This document shows positions 11,307 through 22,356 of a DNA stretch of 64,000 nt, one piece after another. Location: contig CAVYRJ010000009.1 of the NCBI GenBank assembly GCA_963770935.1, positions 140,728 to 204,727 on the forward strand, read 5' to 3'. The stretch's first letter is position 1, and the number at the start of each line of letters is the position of its first letter. The translations under genes and the position numbers were made by a program. The notes beneath the pieces are model-generated. The model did no database searches. It saw only the letters and a program-made list of their open reading frames with translations, and had not been told where the DNA came from. The stretch comes from Candidatus Bathyarchaeota archaeon (lineage in GTDB: Archaea; Thermoproteota; Bathyarchaeia; Bathyarchaeales; Bathycorpusculaceae).

Positions 11307-12056
11307 CTATATTACTTGTCCACCATTTGGGCTGATGACTTGACCTACCATGAAGTTTGCGTCGTCAGAAGCTAAGTAGGCTACCAAAGAGGCTATCTCT
11401 CGTGGCTTGCCTAGCCTGCCGATTGGGATTTGGGTTAGCAGTTGTTTTAAAATTTCATCAGTGATTCCAGCTCCCGATAACATGGGTGTTTCGATGTATC
11501 CCGGAGCTATTGCATTGACGTTTATGCCTTGGGAGATAACTTCTCTTGCCACGGCATGTGTGTACCCCATTATTCCGCCTTTTGCAGCTGAATAATGCGC
11601 GGCGCCCAAGCAACCGGTTATACCGCAAATCGATGCAATGTTTATGATTTTGCCTGATTTGTTTTTAAGCATTATTTTGAGGGCTTCGCGGGTGCAATTC
11701 ATAGTGCCATATAGATGGACCCCGAGCATCTTATTCCAAACATCATCCTTCATGTCAACCGCCGAGGCGAAGTTGCCAATTCCAGCGTTGTTTACTAATA
11801 TGTCTAATGTGGAGAATTCTGTGATGGCTTTTTCAAACATGTTTTTTACAGCCATGCTGCTTGAAACATCACCGTCTAAAGCTATAGCTCTTCTACCGAG
11901 TGCTTGTACCTCTTTCACTACTTCTTGAGCTTCAGCGGGATTTACAACATAGTTTACAACGATATCTGCGCCTTCTTCGGCTAAATAGAGCGATACTGCT
12001 TTGCCTATTCCTGAGTTAGCGCCAGTGACCAAAGCAATTTTTCCTAACAATTTCAT
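11307..12056 (-). CDS. Short-chain dehydrogenase/reductase, FabG-like
   Basis: TGANSGIG, NNAG, YSAAK, NAIAPGYIET. Confidence 0.9.
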   Translation of the reverse strand: MKLLGKIALVTGANSGIGKAVSLYLAEEGADIVVNYVVNPAEAQEVVKEVQALGRRAIALDGDVSSSMAVKNMFEKAITEFSTLDILVNNAGIGNFASAVDMKDDVWNKMLGVHLYGTMNCTREALKIMLKNKSGKIINIASICGITGCLGAAHYSAAKGGIMGYTHAVAREVISQGINVNAIAPGYIETPMLSGAGITDEILKQLLTQIPIGRLGKPREIASLVAYLASDDANFMVGQVISPNGGQVI

Positions 12057-12363
12057 CTTCTCAAAACCTAATTAAATACAAACAAATCGTTATCGATAAA
12101 CACTTCGGATTCTTAGTTAATTACCAATTTTGCCAATTGTTGTTGTATCAAGCCATCCACATACCCTTAAAGCAGTAGCTACAATAATTTTATTGATGTT
12201 ATTAATTGAGTGAGCTGACTGTTGTAATTAGATTGGAGTTCTGGTGTTGACTGCTATGTTATATTCTGAATATTTCAGATGGAACTGTTTTTCTGCCATC
12301 AAATGCCCTGGATCACTTGCAGAATTATTCGAATTTAAGAAACAATCTATCGGAGGAGCTTAG

Positions 12364-12753
12364 ATGAACGAAGAAAAAAAACGAATTCTTGTAGTTGATG
12401 ATGACATTAATATTTTAAGAGTTTTTAAGCGAATTTTAGAAAAAGAAGGCTATATCGTTGAGACAGCTGATACGGGTAAGGATGCTCTTGAAAAAATCTT
12501 AAACGAAAAGTTCAGCGTATGCTTAATTGACGTAAGGCTCCCTGATATGGACGGAACAGAGCTTCTCTGTAAGATGGCAAATGACTCGAAAACCATCAAA
12601 ATTATTGTCACTGGTTTCTCCACTGAAGAAGTAGGGAAAAAAGCTGCCGATTATGGAGCAGACGACTTTTTGGTTAAGCCGGTTAAAGCTGAAGAACTCA
12701 TAGCTACAGTACGAGATAGGTTAGAAACTAAAGAAATAGAAAGTCAAATTTAG
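12364..12753 (+). CDS. Stand-alone response regulator receiver (REC) protein
   Basis: ILVVDDD, LIDVRLPDMDG, VTG, KP motifs; GGAG SD upstream. Confidence 0.9.
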   Translation: MNEEKKRILVVDDDINILRVFKRILEKEGYIVETADTGKDALEKILNEKFSVCLIDVRLPDMDGTELLCKMANDSKTIKIIVTGFSTEEVGKKAADYGADDFLVKPVKAEELIATVRDRLETKEIESQI

Positions 12754-13000
12754 TGCAAAGTATTTTTTCTTAAACTACAGTTTTTAATTTTCACTTATGG
12801 GTCTGCCTAAATATTCTAGCTTATCTCCATTGTGTCTCAACCACTATAAACAGGGTTTTCATAAAGCAACCAAATACATATGAAAACACAACCAAACAAG
12901 TAGCACCAAGACTGAGGGCTGTTTCCTCACAAAAAGAAAAATGAATATCTATTCATAAATTTTAAAAGCAGAGACATCAAATAAACAGTTCATTACAAAT

Positions 13001-13612
13001 ATGGGTGTAACAATGGGTTTTCTCAAAAAATTTACAAAAAAGCTTACTGCCCCTGAGGCATCTGTCCAATTAAGGTTTGCAAGTTACTCTGTTGCTTTAG
13101 GCGAAAACCTTCAAGGTGCACTCAACGTAGCGGCAAAAGAAGACTTTGAAGCCACAGAGGTCCGCTGCGAAATTGCCTGTGTCGAACAAGCTAAGGTTAT
13201 TCGGGAAGTCTATGATGCTGCACTGAAGAGGTCAATTCCCCGAGTTGTTGATGAATCGGTTGTTATTTACTGCGCAAAGCCGACGTTCTCGGGGCCTTCA
13301 CACTTTGCAAACGGCGAAAACCGCTCTATCCCAATCACCATAAACATCCCTGCTGGCGCAAGACCAACAACCGCAGGCGTAGATAGACGAGTTACATGGA
13401 CAATTAAAGGTGTCGTTGCAGTAGACGGCAGACCCGATAGAACAACAGAAACAAGCGAAATCCAGGTAATAACACCAACTATCCTAGCTCAGGCTACAGT
13501 GCAAAAAGAAGTAATCCGCACAGTCGTTATGATTCCATGCAGATACTGCCAAGGACTCATGGATCAGATGCTAACAGTCTGCCCCAACTGCGGCGCAAAA
13601 AGAACCGTATAA
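13001..13612 (+). CDS. Arrestin-N/SpoOM-like beta-sandwich protein with C-terminal zinc ribbon
   Basis: GENLQGALNV...IPAGARPT...VTWTIKGVVAVDGRPD arrestin-like pattern; C-terminal CRYC-x9-CPNC. Confidence 0.6.
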   Translation: MGVTMGFLKKFTKKLTAPEASVQLRFASYSVALGENLQGALNVAAKEDFEATEVRCEIACVEQAKVIREVYDAALKRSIPRVVDESVVIYCAKPTFSGPSHFANGENRSIPITINIPAGARPTTAGVDRRVTWTIKGVVAVDGRPDRTTETSEIQVITPTILAQATVQKEVIRTVVMIPCRYCQGLMDQMLTVCPNCGAKRTV

Positions 13613-13757
13613 GAAGAAAACTACGCCTTTACTTCTTTTTGAAGCACTATTGAAACAGAGTGTTAATTCCCAGATTAAAAAGCGTACCGGCAAAAATTAT
13701 AGAAACGACTGATTAAATTTGAAAACAAAAAAAGGAGAATTGTTGGTTGATGATTTT

Positions 13758-16287
13758 TTATTGTCGCTTCCTAAGAATAAGCAATCCTAGTATGGCGATA
13801 GCTATGATTATAGCTACTCCTGTGCCTAGGATGTACATTTCTGTCGGAGGCAAAGCTACTGTTGGCTGTGCTGTTGGCGTGGGTGCTGCGTCGTTTACGA
13901 CGAAGGCTGTTTCTGCGTGTGATGGCCAGTATGATTCTGAGCCTTGGAAGGTGGCGATTACTGTGTATTTGCCTACTATGTCAGGTATCCAGTTGAAGCT
14001 GTAGAAACCGTTTGCATCGCTAGTTGTTTTGCCTATGTTTCTGAAGTTACCGTTTGAGTCCCAAACATCAAGTGAGACTTCAACGCCAGTGGTGTCTGTA
14101 GGTAAAGGCTGCTGCATATACACGTATTCCATCCACTTTGTCATGCTCTCATCGGATACAGCTGGAACACCGTTGGGGAAACGAGCTGTTTGACGGTAAT
14201 TTTCTGTACCAGCTGATATGTCAGTTACACTGCCTTCTATCAATACGCCGTCGCCATCGACTGAGACTTTTGGAGAAGCTGAAACTGTCAGGGCGGTTGG
14301 ACCTTTACCGAAAGAGTATACTCTGCCGTCGTATGCGTTGTATGATGTGTATTGACCATCTGCAATTGCAAAGTCTACCCACCAGCCCTGTACAGTCCAT
14401 ACCGCTTTTCCAGTTGTTGCGTTAATTACGTGTAGTCGTTCGCCTCTGTACATTGGATCGTTGGGAGAATGTTCACCTGTCGCTGCAAATATTTTGCCGT
14501 CACCAACGCCCATTCCTTGGTAAATACCGAGGAAGAACGGGTACGAACCGTACGGAGTTACAAGTCCAGAGTCACCAGAACGGTACTGCCATAGTAAGTC
14601 TCCAGTTGCAAGGTCATATGCCATTATGTATCCGTCGTATGCACCAACGTACAATTTGCCGTATGCGCTATCCATGGGCCAGCCGGAAGTGTAAACTCCC
14701 CAGTCACTGATGTTGCGTGTTGGAGTGTAGTATTTGACTTGTCCATTGTTGTTTATGTCTAAAGCTAATACCTGCATTGTTTCTTTCTTGTAGTTGAGAT
14801 AGACTCCAGCTTCGCTGTCTAAGTGTGTTCCTCCGCCGCCTCGCCATATGCTTGGGTCTTCAATCAACTGGTGGTTTGTTTGCCACATAACTTTACCGTC
14901 ACTGCATCTTATGCCTGCAAGGTAAACTGTTGCTGGTGCGGTAGTTGTGTTCACTGACCTGGCAACAATCCAATTTCCATCACATTCGCCACCGTTAGTG
15001 CCAATATTATAATCAGCTGCCAAGAATTGACCTGCTGTGTTTTGCGGTCTAGGTACCGCTACATTGTAAACCATTCCAAGAGTTCCGTTGTAGGGAGTTG
15101 TCCTTGAGGGTGACCATGAGGTTTGGGTTCCTGTGGGTTTTACAGTTTCATAGAAGCTCCATTTTGTGAGATTACCTGAGGCAAAGGCGTATATGTTGAA
15201 GTCGTTAGTTGTGCCCACTGGGTTTACAACTGATATTACGGCACCTCCAGATGGTGCATTGGTGATGTTAAAGACGTTTTCTCCATTCCGTAGGATCCCA
15301 GAAGCTCATATTAGTGCCGCTGCGTGATACAAGGAAATCGATGGTTCCGTGTGCATTTTCCCAGTTATTTGCGAAGGAAAAAGCAAAGTTTAGCGTGTAA
15401 TCACTTCTTCTGAATAGTTCTTTACCAGTGGCTAAGTCATAGCAGACATATCCTAGTGTCGTTTGAGGTCCAACTCTTGTGTTGGTATAGAGTTTTCCAT
15501 TAAGCACTATTGGTTGGAATTTGCTTTGGTAGGATTCTCCTGTGTAGTAGTCACTTTCACCCATTTCGCCTCCAACTATACCTCCGTTTTCAAACACGTT
15601 TGCCCACAGTATGTGAGCAGTGTTTGGAGCCGTTCCGTATGGTTGGAAGTTAGTCCAGTATCTTCCTTGCGAGCTACTCATTCCCATCCTTAGCCAGTTG
15701 CTTGTAAGACCTGCCCAAGCTTGGTTCGAAGGGTCGATAGGGCGAGTCCAATATTCAGCTGGCAGCGGATTTTCAACCCAAGCTTGTATGGGTTCTTGCT
15801 GAACTTCAAAGGTTACAGTTCTACTCTGTGCGGGTTTGAAAGCTACGTTAGATTTGAAAAACTCAACGTTTGCATATGACTCACCAGGGTAGTAAGCTGA
15901 GATAGTGTAGGTGCCAATTTTAGTTGGTACATAGTTGAAGCTATTTCCGCCTAGAGAGTCAGTTTCGCGGAACGTTCTATTCTCAACGATACCATCAGGG
16001 TCTATGATAGTAACGACGAAGTTGTGGTAACGCGGGAATCGAAGTATTCCTGCACCTGCACTGAGGTTTTGCGAGATGAAGTTGGTCGGGAGCATGTTAG
16101 ACCAGGCGACAATCTGCATTGATTGGCCAACACCAATTTTGCCAGGAGCTGCTGCAATGAATAGCGAAAATTGCCTTTCAGTTACTTGAGAATTGGCTAG
16201 TGGTATGGGAATAATTATCATCGAAGTCATAAGAAGTATTGTCAAAGTAATCCATAGAGTTTTCTTAGATTTATTTTCTATATTCAT
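13758..16287 (-). CDS. Secreted PQQ-binding-like beta-propeller protein with Ig-like domains and C-terminal membrane anchor (one +1 frameshift near 15290)
   Basis: Signal peptide, repeats such as YDLATGKELF, YDLATGDLLWQY and INATTGKAVW, C-terminal PPTEMY-TM-RKRQ. ORFs 15268-16344 and 13758-15218 join by removing one base. Confidence 0.8.
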
Positions 16288-16572
16288 TTTTTTTCTTTCC
16301 TTTTGTTTATTTGACAAGCAATCTTCAGAGAGGTTGCTTGCCAACCAAAAAGAATTGTTTTAAAGCTATATATATGTAGTTAAAGCAATTTTCGCCAAAT
16401 TATTTTTTTGAGGAAAAATTAATGATTAATATGAGAGCATAAACTCATCGACAACGGAATTTCTGCTAAAACCACTAAATACCAAGTTATAGCACAAAAT
16501 ATAGAAAACACTGAGCAGTTAAATTTCGGGTTAGGGTCCTAAAGATTCCACAAAGTTGGCTATTGCTTAACG

Positions 16573-17984
16573 TTATATTTTGTCAAGATTGAATTCTTCG
16601 TGTATCGCCCGGACAACTGCTACTCCGTCTTTTTCTTTGACGACGAATGAGATGTTTAGTTCTGAGCTGCCTTGTGCAATCATGCGAATGTTTATGCCTT
16701 TTTTGGCGACAGTGCTGAATATTCTTGATGCCACACCCAGCGTGCCTTTCATGTTTGCGCCCATAACAGCGATTACTGCAACGTCGTCTTCAGCTGAGAC
16801 TTCGCTGACTATTCCGCCTCGCTCCAGCAAAGCGATTTCTAGGTTGCTAATAGCTCTGCCCAAGAAGACCGCGTTTGACAATCATTGAGATATTGGCTTC
16901 CGAGGCGGCTGTGGATATCATCATAACGTTGATGTTGTTTTTGCCTAAGACGTCGAAGACTTTGGCGTAGCTTCCTGGTGCCCCAACCATTCCTGCACCG
17001 TTAACGTTGAGCATGGCAACATCCTTTATCATGGCAACTGCTTTCACTGCTTCAGTTACTTTTGCGTTGGGTTCCTTTGTTATAAGTGTACCAAGGTTTT
17101 CTGGATGGAATATGCTACGGATTCTAACAGGGATGTTTTCTTTGATGACAGGCTCTAAAGCTCGTGGATGCATGGCTTTTGCGCCGAAAATCGCCATTTC
17201 AGCCGCTTCTTGATAGCTAAGTTGCGGCAGCATTCGGGCGGACGACCACTATCTTTGGGTCAGTGGTCATTATGCCGTCAACGTCTGTCCAAATCCACAC
17301 TTCGTCAACCTGCAGTGCCACGCCAAGGATGGTAGCAGTATAGTCGGAGCCACCGCGTCCAACAGTAGTAACTATGCCATCTTGGTTTGCCGCGATAAAT
17401 CCAGTTACAACTGGGATAACGCCTCTTTCCAGCAGTGGAGATAGCCTTTCACGGATCAGATGAGTGGTGAAGTTCATGAGCGGGTCGGCTTCGCCAAAGT
17501 TCGAGTCGGTGACTATGCCTGCTTCTTTGCCCGAGAAAAACTGCGTTTCAAATTTAAGGTCTTTTATGGCGCCCCAAACAATGGGCGCAGATAACCGTTC
17601 GCCGAAGGATACAACATAGTCTTTGGATTTAGGTGTGAGTTCGCCAACGTAGCATATGCCTGTTAAGACTTTTTCGAGCTCAGCTATGGTTTTCTCGATG
17701 ATTTGGGTGACTTCTTTTTGAATTTGTTTGCTTTTGATGGCTGTTGAAAGGGTTTCGGTGTGTTTCTTTAAAAGTTCGGCCGTGAAGGTTTGGATTCGTT
17801 TTTCATCGCTTTTTTTGGCTTGGCAAGCAACTTCAATGAGACTGTTTGTGACTCCTGCCAATGCTGAAACAACAACGGCTACCTTGTTATCTTTCTTGGC
17901 ATATTTGGTAACTAAATCGGCAACATAGCGTATGTTTTCGCCTGTGCCAACGCTGGTTCCGCCGAACTTCATGACGATTTTCAT
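16573..17984 (-). CDS. lysC: Aspartate kinase with two ACT domains (two +1 frameshifts, near 17240 and 16860)
   Basis: MKFGGTSV, VVSALAGVT, SFGERLS, GRGGSDYTA, WTDVDG, MHPRA, QGSSELNISF. Confidence 0.93.
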
Positions 17985-17986
17985 TT

Positions 17987-19030
17987 TTAGGACTCCGGGT
18001 TATTATTTAGCAGTCGGTTTGCTAACTTATGTCTTATGTCTAAGAGGTCTCTTAAAACTGCGCTGGCAGTCTCTACGCCACCTGCACCTCTGCCGACAAG
18101 GGTTTGTTCACCTGCAAATTCGGTAGAAAAGGTTACAGCGTTTAAAACTCCGCTGACGCACAACGGGTTGGTTTTCGGTATTTCCGTTGGCTTCACGGTT
18201 GTTCTGTCGCCATCTATTGCGCCGATAAGTTTGATTGTGTTGCCCCTCTTTGAAGCTTCATCAAGCGCTTGCAAAGAGACATCACGAATGCCTGTTCTAT
18301 CTACGTCTTTTAGGGTTATTTTTTTGTTCAATATCCAGTTCGCCAAAATGACCACTTTGCAGGCGGTATCAAACCCGTCAATATCCATAGATGGCTCTCT
18401 CTCGGCGTAACCGAGCTTCTGCGCATTTGACAGGGCTTCTTGGAAAGTCACTCGGTTTTGAGACATTTCAGTTAGTATATAGTTAGTTGTACCGTTTAGT
18501 ATGCCTTGTATGGCAAGGATTCTGTCTCCTGCAAGGCACCGTTTGGCGAACTCAAGCATAGGGGTTCCGCCGCCGACTGTGCCGCTGAACCTTAGGTAAA
18601 CGTTGTTGTACTCGGCGAGTTCGGTGAGTGCTGGCATGGCTAAGGCTAAGGGTCCTTTGTTTGTGGTGACCACGTGTTTGCCTGTTTTGAAGGCTTTAGT
18701 GATGTGTGAAAGGGCTGGTTCACCGTTTTTGATGTTAACAGGCGTGACTTCAACAACCACTTCTGCTTCAACAGACTCAATAACATCTAGCGCTGTCATT
18801 CTTGGGTGCCCAAAATCCGGGTCTGCGGATATTGGATAACCTCGTTGCTTAATGGCTTCTAGTTTTTCCGTGCTTAGACCTCTTGGATCTATTACTGCGC
18901 CGTCAATGTCGGCGATGGCAACGATTTTTGGGTTAAACCCGTAATCCTTAACCTTTTCGACATATCTTCGTGCAAGAATGGTAGTTACGCCCTTCCCGAC
19001 CACGCCATAGCCAACTAAGATTATCCTCAT
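17987..19030 (-). CDS. hom: Homoserine dehydrogenase
   Basis: GYGVVG, HVVTTNKGPL, VGGGTP, GILNGTTNYIL, GRGAGG. Confidence 0.95.
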   Translation of the reverse strand: MRIILVGYGVVGKGVTTILARRYVEKVKDYGFNPKIVAIADIDGAVIDPRGLSTEKLEAIKQRGYPISADPDFGHPRMTALDVIESVEAEVVVEVTPVNIKNGEPALSHITKAFKTGKHVVTTNKGPLALAMPALTELAEYNNVYLRFSGTVGGGTPMLEFAKRCLAGDRILAIQGILNGTTNYILTEMSQNRVTFQEALSNAQKLGYAEREPSMDIDGFDTACKVVILANWILNKKITLKDVDRTGIRDVSLQALDEASKRGNTIKLIGAIDGDRTTVKPTEIPKTNPLCVSGVLNAVTFSTEFAGEQTLVGRGAGGVETASAVLRDLLDIRHKLANRLLNNNPES

Positions 19031-19038
19031 GTTCTATT

Positions 19039-20313
19039 TCACCGTGCTAGGATTGCCGCTCTCTCTTTTAAGCCTAAAGCATTTTCGATGGCTGAAATGT
19101 CGGCGTCAACTTCGATGGGTTTCTCACTCATCTTAACCGCCGTATCAGGGTCTTTTAGTCCATGTCCCGTGGTAACGCAAACAACCCGCTCGTCCTTGCC
19201 TATCACGCCATTTTGGACGAGTTTCTTTAAGCCAGCGATGGATGAAGCACTTGCAGGCTCCACAAATATGCCTTCGATTCGGGCAAGGATTTTTTGCGCA
19301 TCCAAGATTTCCTCATCAGTCACCGTTTCTGCGGTTCCATATGATTCGTGGATGGCGTTGACGGCTTTCTTCCAACTCACAGGCGCGCCAATTCTGATGG
19401 CAGTGGCAACTGTTTCAGGATGCTCAACAGGAATAATTTTTTCGCTGTTGGTTTTGATTGCTTGGGCGATTGGTGCGGAGCCCGCGGCTTGTATCCCAGT
19501 CATTTTGGGCAGTTTTTTGATGTAGCCGAGTTTGTGGAATTCCGTTAAGCCTTTCCAGATGGCGCTTATGTTTCCCGCATTGCCCACAGGGACGATGATG
19601 CGGTCGGGTGCGTCATTGTTTAGTTGCTCACAAATTTCGTAACCCAGCGATTTTTGACCTTCAATTCTGAATGGGTTAATTGAGTTTAAAAGGTAAATGC
19701 TCTTGTGTTTTTCGGCAAGTTTTAGCACAAACTCTAAGGCTTCATCAAAATTTCCTTTAACTTGGAGCACTTTGGCACCGTGAATCATAGCTTGGGAGAG
19801 TTTTCCGTAAGCGATTTTGCCTGAGGGGATGAGTACGGTGCATTTTATTCCTGCTCTTGCAGCGTAAGCGGCTAGGCTTGCGGAGGTGTTGCCTGTTGAC
19901 GCACAGATAACGTGTCTTGCACCCAGCTCCATGGCTTTGGTTACACCGACTGTCATTCCTCTATCTTTGAAGCTGCCTGTGGGGTTTTCGCCTTCGTTTT
20001 TGACGTAGAGTTTTTTGAGACCCAACTCTGCGCCTAAACGTTCAGAGCGGTGCAGACCTGTGCCGCCTTCGTTAAGCGTGACTACTTTGGTGGATTCATG
20101 GATAGGCATGAAGTCGCGGTAACGCCAAACCGAGAGTGGCTTGTTCATCCAGCAGCTTTCTTTGAGCGTTTCAATTAACTCTTTGAAGTCATATTTTATC
20201 TCAAGGATGTCTCCGCATTTTTTGCAGAAGTAAACAATCTCATCTATGCCGTATGTTGTTTTGCAGTTTATGCATTCTTGATGTGTCATCTTTTTCCTTC
20301 TCCACTTTGGCAA
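19039..20313 (-). CDS. thrC: Threonine synthase (start may be ATG 20289)
   Basis: N-terminal CxxC...CxxC, NPTGSFKDRG PLP lysine, CASTGNTSAS, PVGNAGN, TGHGLKD. Confidence 0.95.
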   Translation of the reverse strand: MPKWRRKKMTHQECINCKTTYGIDEIVYFCKKCGDILEIKYDFKELIETLKESCWMNKPLSVWRYRDFMPIHESTKVVTLNEGGTGLHRSERLGAELGLKKLYVKNEGENPTGSFKDRGMTVGVTKAMELGARHVICASTGNTSASLAAYAARAGIKCTVLIPSGKIAYGKLSQAMIHGAKVLQVKGNFDEALEFVLKLAEKHKSIYLLNSINPFRIEGQKSLGYEICEQLNNDAPDRIIVPVGNAGNISAIWKGLTEFHKLGYIKKLPKMTGIQAAGSAPIAQAIKTNSEKIIPVEHPETVATAIRIGAPVSWKKAVNAIHESYGTAETVTDEEILDAQKILARIEGIFVEPASASSIAGLKKLVQNGVIGKDERVVCVTTGHGLKDPDTAVKMSEKPIEVDADISAIENALGLKERAAILAR

Positions 20314-20380
20314 AGCCCTTTCAGATTATCACGAAATACTGATTGTGGCATTATTAATTTTACTGCTGTGTTGCAGTCTG

Positions 20381-20959
20381 TTAGCCCACCAAGTTCGATA
20401 AAACCTCATACGTTTTGAGGCTGTCTTTTTTCTCAACCACCATAATAGTTTCTGTCCAGCATGAAATGAACTCGACAATGTTCACATTCTGCTCCGCAAG
20501 CAAGGTTGCTAAAAACGCGACAACTCCCGGCGTTGCCTCAAGTTCCTCGGGCGAATGCACAACAATCATGGTACAATTATCATGTTTAACTAGTGTGGTT
20601 AAGCGTTCAGGCAACTCGCTTCGGTCAAGCAAGTAGACGAATTTTCCCAGCAAATCTACCTTCATTCCCGATTGTGAGGGCAACTCTTTTGCGGTTATTA
20701 TGACGGATTTTCGGTCGTAAACAGCTATGTTGCTGCGCTTTAGCAGTTGAAGTACTTTTTCTTCTCTTTTCTGTTTGTGTTTTTGCAGTTCTTCTGAATA
20801 GCGGCGCAGGGCGGCTTTTATAGCGCTTGTGTCGTCGGTTTTTAGTTCTTTTTGGATTTGCCGCGAAAGCTCGCTTAGGTTGACTATGCCTTTTTCTAGG
20901 GCTTCCAGTAGGTAGGGTTTGTTTCGCAGGTGGCTTCTCACGTTTTGAGCGATAGTCAT
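20381..20959 (-). CDS. ACT-domain protein with N-terminal HTH-like region, first gene of the thr operon
   Basis: GIVNLSELSRQI helical N-terminus; TPGVVAFLATLLAEQNVNIVEFISCWTET ACT motif. Confidence 0.75.
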   Translation of the reverse strand: MTIAQNVRSHLRNKPYLLEALEKGIVNLSELSRQIQKELKTDDTSAIKAALRRYSEELQKHKQKREEKVLQLLKRSNIAVYDRKSVIITAKELPSQSGMKVDLLGKFVYLLDRSELPERLTTLVKHDNCTMIVVHSPEELEATPGVVAFLATLLAEQNVNIVEFISCWTETIMVVEKKDSLKTYEVLSNLVG

Positions 20960-20996
20960 AGTGGTCTCTCTGTGTATCAAATGGGACATTTAAAGC

Positions 20997-21010
20997 TTGT
21001 TAAGTAACAA
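20997..21010. promoter_or_regulatory. Palindrome TTGTTAagTAACAA in the divergent thr/arg promoter region
   Basis: 6-bp inverted repeat between TTTAAA-type boxes of two divergent amino-acid operons. Confidence 0.35.
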
Positions 21011-21086
21011 AAAAGTCACAAGGTTTAAAAATATAGCCCTCAAGGTAAGGGAAACAATTTAAAACAAAAAATGGGGGAGCAAACAC

Positions 21087-22305
21087 ATAACCGATAAATT
21101 TGTTTTAGCTTATTCAGGCGGATTAGACACATCCGTGTTAATCAAGTACCTCCAAGAAAAATGCAACGCACAAGTAATAACAGTAACCGTAGACGTTGGT
21201 CAACAAGAAGACATCAAAGCAGCTGAGGAAAAAGCCAAAAAACTCGGCGTCCTCAAACATTTCTCCATCGACGCCAAAGAAGAGTTTGCCAAAGACTACA
21301 TTTTCCCAGCCATCAAAGCCAACGCCCTCTACGAAGGCAAATACCCAATCAGCACAAGCCTCTCCCGACCCCTAATCGCCAAAAAGATGGTTGAAATCGC
21401 CGAAAAAGAAGGCGCAACAGGCTTAGTGCATGGCTGTACGGGCAGAGGCAACGACCAAGTACGCTTTGACATAACCCTTGGCGCATTGGCACCAGACATG
21501 AAAATTATCGCTCCCATCCGAGAGTGGGGCTTGACACGCGACGAAGAAATCGCCTACGCCAAAACCAAAGGCATCCCCGTCTCTGACTCAGCCAAAAAAT
21601 ATAGTATAGACGCCAGCGTCTGGGGCCGCGCCATTGAATGTGGTTTGCTCGAAGATGCTAGTCAAGCGCCTCCAGACGACGCTTATGAATGGACCGTTGC
21701 ACCTGAAAAAGCCCCAGACAAGGCAGAGATAGTTACTATTCAGTTTGAAGCCGGAGTCCCAGTTGCTGTAAACGGCAAAAAAATGGTGCCGCTCGCTCTC
21801 GTTGAAGAAGTCAACAAAATTGCAGGAAGAAATGGTGTCGGTCGTATTGACCACATCGAAGACCGCATAGTTGGCCTGAAATCACGCGAAGTCTACGAGT
21901 GCCCCGCGGCAACAGTAATTTTGGAAGCGCACAAAGACCTCGAAAAAATGGTCATGACACGCCACGAAGTCCTCTTCAAACAACAAGTCGACGCCCAATG
22001 GGTATTCCTAGCCTACGCTGGCCTCTGGGTTGATCCTCTAAAAGATGACTTAGACGCATTCATCAACAAGTCCCAAGAAAACGTCGCTGGCGAAGTCAAA
22101 CTCAAACTCTACAAAGGCAGCCTCAATAGTCATCGGACGCAGCTCGACCATGTCGCTCTACGACAAAAACTTAGCCAACTACAACATTAAAACTAGCTTC
22201 AACCAATCCTACAGCAAAGGTTTCATCGAACTCTGGGGACTCCAAACACGAATGTACAACTCTCTAAAGAAGGCAAACAAAAAACCGAAGGCAAAGAAAA
22301 ACTAA
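21087..22305 (+). CDS. argG: Argininosuccinate synthase (no canonical in-frame start; +1 frameshift near 22125)
   Basis: VLAYSGGLDTS lies upstream of the listed start, then HGCTGRGNDQVRF and KSREVYECP. The C-terminus GRSSTMSLYD...GFIELWGL ends at TAA 22305 in the +1 frame. Confidence 0.93.
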
Positions 22306-22356
22306 TTTTTCTTAACAAAAAACACACTGGCAGGAGGGCAAGGAAAAACGTCGAAA

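Noticed and set aside
16573-17984. Programmed frameshifting or genuinely split lysC, argG and TrmB genes
   Set aside because: There is no shared slippery motif, and the same +1 pattern occurs throughout the window.
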